DNA from: Minisyncoccota bacterium | GTDB taxonomy: Bacteria; Patescibacteriota; Minisyncoccia; UBA6257; 2-01-FULL-56-20 | Assembly: GCA_035541435.1 (NCBI GenBank) | Contig: DATKNL010000012.1 | Location: forward strand, 6,498 to 70,497 | DNA: 64,000 nt | Direction of reading: 5' to 3' | Shown here: in pieces, positions 58,388-64,000 of the stretch | How the letters are laid out: each line of letters opens with the position of its first letter | How positions within the stretch are numbered: position 1 is the stretch's first letter | Notes under the pieces: generated by a model | Told to the model about the DNA's origin: nothing | Databases searched by the model: none | The model's input: only the letters and a program-made list of their open reading frames with translations | Position numbers and translations under genes: made by a program

Positions 58388-59836
58388 CTACTGCTTCGGC
58401 CGCATGAGCGGAAAGAAGACCGTCTCGCGCACGGGCTTGTCCATGAGGACGGCGAACGTGCGCTCGGACATGCCGAACCCCGCCGTGGGCGGCATGCCAT
58501 ATTCGAGCGCCCTCAGGAAATCCTCGTCGAGGCGCATCGCCTCCTTGTCCCCTTTCTCGCGCAGCCTCATCTGGTCCTCGAACCGCCGGCGCTGGTCGAT
58601 GGGATCGTTGAGCTCGGAATAGCCGTTGCCAAGCTCGCTGCCGCACGCGACGATCTGGAACCGCTCGGCGATCTCGGGGTTCTCGGGGGACGATTTCGAA
58701 AGCGGCGAGACGGCGATGGGGTGGCCCACGAGGAAGCACGGCTCGATGAGCTTGGGACGGACCGTCTTCTTATAGATGAGGTCGATGAGCCGGCCCTTCT
58801 GGGCGCCGTCCTCGGGCTTGAGGCCCAGCGAAACCGCCTTCTCGTGAAGGTCGCCGCGGGACGCGGCAATCGGGTCGAGGCCGTTCTCATGCTTGAACGC
58901 CTGCACGTAGTCCACCTCCTTCCACGGCTTGCCCCAGTCGATGTGATGGCCGAAGGAGCTCGTCTGCAGGCTGCCCGCGGTCTTCTCGATGACGAACTTG
59001 AACATCCGCTCCATGAGCTTCATCATGTCGCCGCAGTTGTGATAGGCCCAATAGCACTCCATGAACGTGAAGTCCTGCAGGTGCTCGCGGTCGATGCCCT
59101 CGTTCCTGAAGACGCGGCCGATCTCGAACACCTTCTCGAAGCCGCCGGTCACGAGCTTCTTGAGCTGCAGCTCGAGCGAGATGCGCAGGAAGAAGTCGGT
59201 GTCGAGCGCGTTGTGGTGCGTGACGAAGGGCTCGGCCTCGGCGCCGCCCGCAAGCGGCTCGAGCACGCTCGTCTCAACCTCGAGGAACCCCTCCTCTTCG
59301 AGGAACTCGCGCACGCTCGTCCAGAAGATCGCCTTCTTCACGAACAGGTCCTTCACTTCGGGATGCATGATGAGGTCGAGGTAGCGCTCGCGAAGGCGCG
59401 TCTCGACGTCCTCGAGGCCCTCCCACCTGTCGGGCAGCGGCGAAAGGGACTTCGACGCCATCTCCACCTCGTGCGCCGCGATGCTCCGCTCGCCCCGCTG
59501 GGTCATGAAGAGCGGTCCGGTCACCGAGACGAAGTCCCCGAGGTCGATCACGCCGCGCCAGAAGTCGATGTCCTTGAGCTCCTCGCCGCGGAATACGGCC
59601 TGGATCTTCCCGGCCCCGTCCTCGAGGTCGGCGAACATGATCTTGCCCTGGTCGCGCAGGGCGCGGACGCGGCCGACGAGGGAGACGGGCTCCCCCTTCT
59701 TCTCGAACTCCTCGAACCGCTCAAGGGCGGCTCCGATCGAAAAGCTGCGCTTCGCCCGGGCGGGATAAGGATTGATGCCGGCTTCGCGGATGCGTTCGAG
59801 CTTCTTGCGGCGTTCGGCGATGATGTCTTCGAGCAT
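58388..59836 (-). CDS. lysS: Lysyl-tRNA synthetase (class II)
   Basis: N-terminal OB anticodon-binding domain plus class II catalytic core motifs (FRNEGIDREHLQDFTFMECYWAY, GGAGF-type motif 3). Confidence 0.9.
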   Translation of the reverse strand: MLEDIIAERRKKLERIREAGINPYPARAKRSFSIGAALERFEEFEKKGEPVSLVGRVRALRDQGKIMFADLEDGAGKIQAVFRGEELKDIDFWRGVIDLGDFVSVTGPLFMTQRGERSIAAHEVEMASKSLSPLPDRWEGLEDVETRLRERYLDLIMHPEVKDLFVKKAIFWTSVREFLEEEGFLEVETSVLEPLAGGAEAEPFVTHHNALDTDFFLRISLELQLKKLVTGGFEKVFEIGRVFRNEGIDREHLQDFTFMECYWAYHNCGDMMKLMERMFKFVIEKTAGSLQTSSFGHHIDWGKPWKEVDYVQAFKHENGLDPIAASRGDLHEKAVSLGLKPEDGAQKGRLIDLIYKKTVRPKLIEPCFLVGHPIAVSPLSKSSPENPEIAERFQIVACGSELGNGYSELNDPIDQRRRFEDQMRLREKGDKEAMRLDEDFLRALEYGMPPTAGFGMSERTFAVLMDKPVRETVFFPLMRPKQ

Positions 59837-59839
59837 GGG

Positions 59840-60592
59840 TCAGGAATAATCGACGGGAATGCTGCCGTACTTCGTTTTCGTTATGATGACATGATCAAGC
59901 AGTCCGATGCCGAGAATCCTTCCGGCCTCGACGATCTGCTGGGTGACGGCGATGTCCGCCTCGCTGGCCTTCGCGACGCCGGACGGATGGTTGTGGGCCA
60001 AGATCACCGCCGATGCCGCATATTCGAGCGCCGGTCGGAAAACTTCGCGCGGATGAATGACGTTCGACGTGAGGCTCCCGATCGAAATTATTTCGTCGTG
60101 GATGAGGCGATAATGATTGTCGAGATACAAGCCGCGAAGGTGTTCCTTCGAGAGGTCGCGCATATCCTTGAGGTATTCATAGACCTGACTCGCGGTCCGA
60201 AGCACCACCGGCTTTCCGCTTGCAGGGTTCCTGAAAAAACGTCGCCCAAGCTCGAAACAAGCGACCAGCTGGCATGATTTGACGAGCGGTATCCCGAGGA
60301 GCTCCTTGACCTTCATGGGGTCCTTCTGATGGATGATCGCGCTATCGCCATATTCCTTAAGGAGGCGGCGCGACATCGTCAAAATCTCTTCTTTTTTCGT
60401 GCCGACGTTCAAAAGCACCGCAAGGAGCTCGGCAATTGAAAGCGCCTGCGGTCCGAACTTGATCAGCTTCTCCCGGGGTTTTTCATCGACCGGCAGGTCG
60501 CGCAGCCTCAGGGCGTAGCGGCGATCCTCGTCGAGCACAAGATCCCCGGATTGCTGTGCGTAGACTTGGTTTGCGAGATAGGTTGTTTCCAT
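59840..60592 (-). CDS. radC: RadC-family JAB/MPN domain protein
   Basis: HhH N-terminus, JAMM motif HNHPSG, ILAHNHPSGVAKASEAD. Confidence 0.85.
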   Translation of the reverse strand: METTYLANQVYAQQSGDLVLDEDRRYALRLRDLPVDEKPREKLIKFGPQALSIAELLAVLLNVGTKKEEILTMSRRLLKEYGDSAIIHQKDPMKVKELLGIPLVKSCQLVACFELGRRFFRNPASGKPVVLRTASQVYEYLKDMRDLSKEHLRGLYLDNHYRLIHDEIISIGSLTSNVIHPREVFRPALEYAASAVILAHNHPSGVAKASEADIAVTQQIVEAGRILGIGLLDHVIITKTKYGSIPVDYS

Positions 60593-60594
60593 GA

Positions 60595-62739
60595 CTATAG
60601 TATAGCAGAAGCCGGCTCAGATGCGGTTTGAACCAGCGGCAACCGCACGGTGAATACGCTTCCCTCTCCCCGTCGGCTTGACGCTGCGATCGTCCCACCG
60701 TGCCACTCGATGATTTCGCGGCAGATGTTGAGGCCGAGGCCGGTCCCTTTCGTCTCGGTTCCCGGTATCCGGTAAAATCGCTCGAAGATATGGGCTAGAT
60801 CCTCGGGAGCGATACCGATACCCGAATCCTCGACTTGAAAAACCGCATCGCCTCCGGATTGACGGAGCCGAAACACGATGCGTCCCCCGCGATCGGTGAA
60901 CTTGAGGGCGTTGCTCAGCAGATTAAGAACGACTTCTTTCAATTTCTTGCGGTCCCCTTGGATCGGAACGGGTTGCTCGTCGGCATCGAGTTCGAAGCTC
61001 ATATCTTTCGTTTCCGCAAGAACCATGCAATCCTCATGGACTTCCTTAACAAGGATTCCGAGGTCGAACGGCTCCTCGTTGAACCTGTTCTTCGAGAAAT
61101 TAAGCTGGGCGACCTGAAGGAATTCCGAGACCAGATGTGCCATCCCCTCGAGCGTCGATTTTATGACCTTAAGCGGGGCCCGGTCTTCTGGCGTAGCTGC
61201 GCGTTGGGCCGCGATCTCGATATTTCCTTGCATGATGGCTATCGGCGTCTGCAGCTCGTGGGAGATATCGGTGACGAACCGTTCCTGGGTCCGGTACATC
61301 AGCCGTATTTCCTTAATGCGATCCGCCACAAGATCCTCGAGCTCCTCGTTGTGGCGCTTGATGGTCTCATAGAGCAAGGCGTTCTCAAGCGCCATGCCGC
61401 CCTGATATTCCATAACCGAAAGCAAAGACTTGTCATCGGACCGAAAGATGTCGTCGGAACGCTTTTCGCCGAGAAGCAGGACACCGATCACCCGGCCATT
61501 GGCTCGAAGCGGAACGATGCCCGCAAAGCCCGCGCTCGATATTCGCCATCGAAGACTTCGTTCGTTATCACCCGAGAACCGGCCAACATCCTGAACGTAG
61601 AAGTGCGGGCAGCCGAAATCTTTCCATGTCTCGAAAATGTCGCGCGCTTCTTCCTGCGCGATGCCGCCATCCGGATCGGACTGAAAGATCCTGCTCCGGT
61701 TTTCAAGAAAGACCAGCGTCGTCTTCGGCTTCACCGTTGCCGCGAGAAATTCCTGAATCTCGTTCATGAGATGACTCAATTCTATGGTCGAGCCAAGGAT
61801 CACGTTCAACCGGTCGATGGCTGCAGGATAATCGTAATGGGCGCGAAAGAAGACCTTGTCCGTCACCCGCTCGAAAAAATCCTTTACATAAGGGAACGAG
61901 AGCCCTCCGACAATGGCCGCGAGGATGTCGACAATTTCGTCGTTGCTCCAGAACTTTTCGACGAGAAATTCGATGCCGAAAAACATGATCGCCAGGCTCA
62001 CTATCGCGGCGGCATATGTCGCACTCCTCTTGACGACGACGCGGATGTCCATGAACTGATGCTGGACGATCGCATATGCCGTAAAGCCCATGAAAGCCAC
62101 CGATGAAAGCGGGCCGACAAAGTTTGCCGCATACCATCCGAATGCCGGAAGCAGGACATCGCAGACCACCGCGCCTGAAAGGAATATGCCCGTCCCCCAC
62201 AGGAAATAGCGGAGCCGGACCTTCTGGACGCCGGAGCTCTCGCGGAACGCCGACGCGAGGCGGCTCAGATCCAATCCGACATAGGTCGTCAGCACGATGG
62301 CGAATATCGGGAAGGCCGGACCGTTCAAAGGCTTCAAAAATCCATGACCATCAAGGAGGAATCCGCGGATGAACCACGCCGCGGGCACGGCAGCAATCAC
62401 GGCGAGGGGAACCCAGGCCACCATCGGAAATCGATTGCTCCTGGTCGGAAAGACGTAAGAAAGCGCCGTGAGGCCCGCAACAGCCAGAATTCCCGACAGA
62501 AGGACCCAGCGTATCCAAAAGCCGTCGCCCCCGTCCAGCATGAATCCCAACCCTGCGATCCATCCGGCAATCCCCAGCGACATCAGGAAAAGCGATCGAC
62601 TTGCAGCATCACGCCTTTTCTTCACGAGGACGAAAAGGCCGATGGCGGCATTCAGGAAAGTTGCAGCGGCGTAGGTCCCGATCAGCAGGCGCATATTCGT
62701 CGTGAGGTCATTATGTCTCAAGAAGAAACGGGGCGGCAA
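60595..62739 (-). CDS. Sensor histidine kinase with multi-TM N-terminal sensor, GAF-like region, HisKA and HATPase_c
   Basis: 6-7 TM helices, H-box ISHELQTPIAIM, then N/G1/G2 boxes (LLSNALKFT, DSGIGI, GTGLGLNI). Confidence 0.8.
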   Translation of the reverse strand: MPPRFFLRHNDLTTNMRLLIGTYAAATFLNAAIGLFVLVKKRRDAASRSLFLMSLGIAGWIAGLGFMLDGGDGFWIRWVLLSGILAVAGLTALSYVFPTRSNRFPMVAWVPLAVIAAVPAAWFIRGFLLDGHGFLKPLNGPAFPIFAIVLTTYVGLDLSRLASAFRESSGVQKVRLRYFLWGTGIFLSGAVVCDVLLPAFGWYAANFVGPLSSVAFMGFTAYAIVQHQFMDIRVVVKRSATYAAAIVSLAIMFFGIEFLVEKFWSNDEIVDILAAIVGGLSFPYVKDFFERVTDKVFFRAHYDYPAAIDRLNVILGSTIELSHLMNEIQEFLAATVKPKTTLVFLENRSRIFQSDPDGGIAQEEARDIFETWKDFGCPHFYVQDVGRFSGDNERSLRWRISSAGFAGIVPLRANGRVIGVLLLGEKRSDDIFRSDDKSLLSVMEYQGGMALENALLYETIKRHNEELEDLVADRIKEIRLMYRTQERFVTDISHELQTPIAIMQGNIEIAAQRAATPEDRAPLKVIKSTLEGMAHLVSEFLQVAQLNFSKNRFNEEPFDLGILVKEVHEDCMVLAETKDMSFELDADEQPVPIQGDRKKLKEVVLNLLSNALKFTDRGGRIVFRLRQSGGDAVFQVEDSGIGIAPEDLAHIFERFYRIPGTETKGTGLGLNICREIIEWHGGTIAASSRRGEGSVFTVRLPLVQTASEPASAIL

Positions 62740-62760
62740 GTCCCCGAAGGAACGTGCCGC

Positions 62761-63342
62761 TCACCCATCGAATCGGTATCTGGAATCACAGCAACGAACA
62801 TGATCCCCGAGGATAGCCATGGCATTTCGGATATGCAATGCAACGATAACCGGTTTTGGTTCGTCGTAATAGCGGATGACTGGTTCGGGCAGGGAATCCC
62901 ATCGGAGAGACCCTGAAACCCTCTCAAGCAGAATGCCATTCCTTCGAAACCAACGCACAACGCAAGGCTTTGTTTCGCTTATCGCCCATTCGTATCCGGA
63001 ACTTTTCGCAAAGCGCACCGCCTCATACATGAGCGCTAAGGCGGCGCCCTTCACGCACCCGACCCACCTGCCGATCTGGACCGCGCGAATGCCGTCACGA
63101 GGACCGAATCGACCAGATATGTCGTAATGGTCATGAACGGGCAGTCGGCCCGCCGATGGACGTTCGATGGCTATGGCTCCGACAAGCCTGCCCGATTGCT
63201 TGGCAACAATGACTCGTTGCGGCAACGGATAGGCCCGGCACCCATATGCAGCGAGCATCCCATTATCGACGAGACGGCTTACTGCTTCCCGTTCGTCGTT
63301 CTTCATGAGGGAAAGGGTGAATTCCATGACGATCACCACCAT
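62761..63342 (-). CDS. GNAT-family acetyltransferase-like protein
   Basis: IGRWVGCVKGAALALMYEAVRFAKSSGYEWAISET.. (acetyl-CoA binding-like fold); tentative. Confidence 0.4.
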   Translation of the reverse strand: MVVIVMEFTLSLMKNDEREAVSRLVDNGMLAAYGCRAYPLPQRVIVAKQSGRLVGAIAIERPSAGRLPVHDHYDISGRFGPRDGIRAVQIGRWVGCVKGAALALMYEAVRFAKSSGYEWAISETKPCVVRWFRRNGILLERVSGSLRWDSLPEPVIRYYDEPKPVIVALHIRNAMAILGDHVRCCDSRYRFDG

Positions 63343-64000
63343 CGCCTTGTCACAACCGAAGCCCGCATGAGAGCCGCATCGAGAAAAAGATACCCGGGCA
63401 TGTCAGGCATGGGAACGATGACCCTCGCGACCGAAGAATCCTTCAGCAGATGGAGAAGCACCCTGTCGGCAGCGAACCCGCATGCGAGCGGCGGATTCGT
63501 GGCGATGATGGCGCCGCACCCTTCGCGCAGCAAACGCTCTTTTAGCGCTTTTTTCCCAACGGGGCCGTCGAGGCCTTCGGAATAATCGCTCCACGAAGGA
63601 AACAGCCTGAGGACCGCATCCATGACACGAGCTCGGGCACGGGCATGACTCGGATCCGAAGCAGCCAAAGTAAGCCCGGACTCCAGGCACCAGCCATCTT
63701 CCTCGTTTAGGCCGAGGACATCTTCAATTGACATGCCGTCCGGCTGGAAGAGGAACAAATGACTCCCAAATCCAACCGTATTGCACATAAAAACAGGAAC
63801 GCCTGCGGCACGGGCCGCTCGATGCAAGGCCAAACGAGCCCCGATGCTCCAAAATTCGATTTCATCGCAGACAACATCGCAGCCAGCAACGAAATCAGCC
63901 GCCGTTCGTGCCGTGATGCCGCGCGGATACACCTCTATAATGGTATCGTCGGTTATCGCCCGCAGCATTTTTGCCGTTTCAAAGGCCTTCACATGCCCGA
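63333..64000 (-). CDS. ThiF/MoeB/HesA (E1-like adenylyltransferase) family protein, N-terminus beyond window
   Basis: CDVVCDEIEFWSIGARLALHRAARAAGVPVFMCNTVGFGSHLF is the ThiF-family central region; the nucleotide-binding GxGxxG part would lie past 64000. Confidence 0.5.
   Translation of the reverse strand, partial: GHVKAFETAKMLRAITDDTIIEVYPRGITARTAADFVAGCDVVCDEIEFWSIGARLALHRAARAAGVPVFMCNTVGFGSHLFLFQPDGMSIEDVLGLNEEDGWCLESGLTLAASDPSHARARARVMDAVLRLFPSWSDYSEGLDGPVGKKALKERLLREGCGAIIATNPPLACGFAADRVLLHLLKDSSVARVIVPMPDMPGYLFLDAALMRASVVTRRWW

Overview
This is a 64-kb, high-GC (~65%) bacterial chromosomal segment, gene-dense and mostly transcribed on the minus strand.

Core functions recognisable from the translations:
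- Secretion, replication and translation: SecA, DnaE, LysS, ribosomal L10/L7L12 and L33, HPF.
- Cell envelope: a truncated dcw block (mraZ-rsmH-ftsL-ftsI-murF) and MurB.
- Central metabolism: TpiA, a Zwf-Gnd fusion, a bifunctional PGI/PMI, and a GH1 hydrolase.
- Carbohydrate phosphorylases: three GH130 domains.
- Efflux and regulation: two efflux operons (MarR-MFP-MFP-MFS and ECF-sigma-controlled MacAB-like), two sigma/anti-sigma pairs, an OmpR-type regulator and an orphan multi-TM histidine kinase.
- Four tRNAs on the minus strand: Glu-CUC, Val-CAC, Thr-GGU and Thr-UGU.

Several low-GC pockets look horizontally acquired.
1. 30.2-34.1 kb, between tpiA and tRNA-Glu (the most unusual): an array of six tiny single-gene cassettes. 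Each has its own sigma70-like promoter, a strong Shine-Dalgarno in the two cases read out, a small ORF and an intrinsic terminator. Each promoter is preceded by a conserved ~26-bp box that grades into an exact 20-bp duplicate of the tRNA-Glu 3' end. This looks like a serial-integration or cassette hotspot with no integrase in cis.
2. 39.7-42.7 kb: a ~50%-GC MmeI-like Type IIL restriction-modification fusion enzyme immediately 3' of tRNA-Val.
3. 51.6-52.3 kb: an HTH plus LAGLIDADG-like gene.
4. 49.5-50.3 kb: a lower-GC hypothetical.

Other candidate elements:
- an orphan extended -10 promoter plus terminator (candidate sRNA) in the murB/SIMPL spacer;
- a 23-codon lysine-rich micro-ORF with its own terminator upstream of secA;
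- a triple MraZ-box operator upstream of mraZ;
- paralogous small OB-like proteins flanking the MacAB-like operon.

No rRNA or CRISPR was seen. Many long ORFs in the six-frame track are high-GC antisense artefacts.
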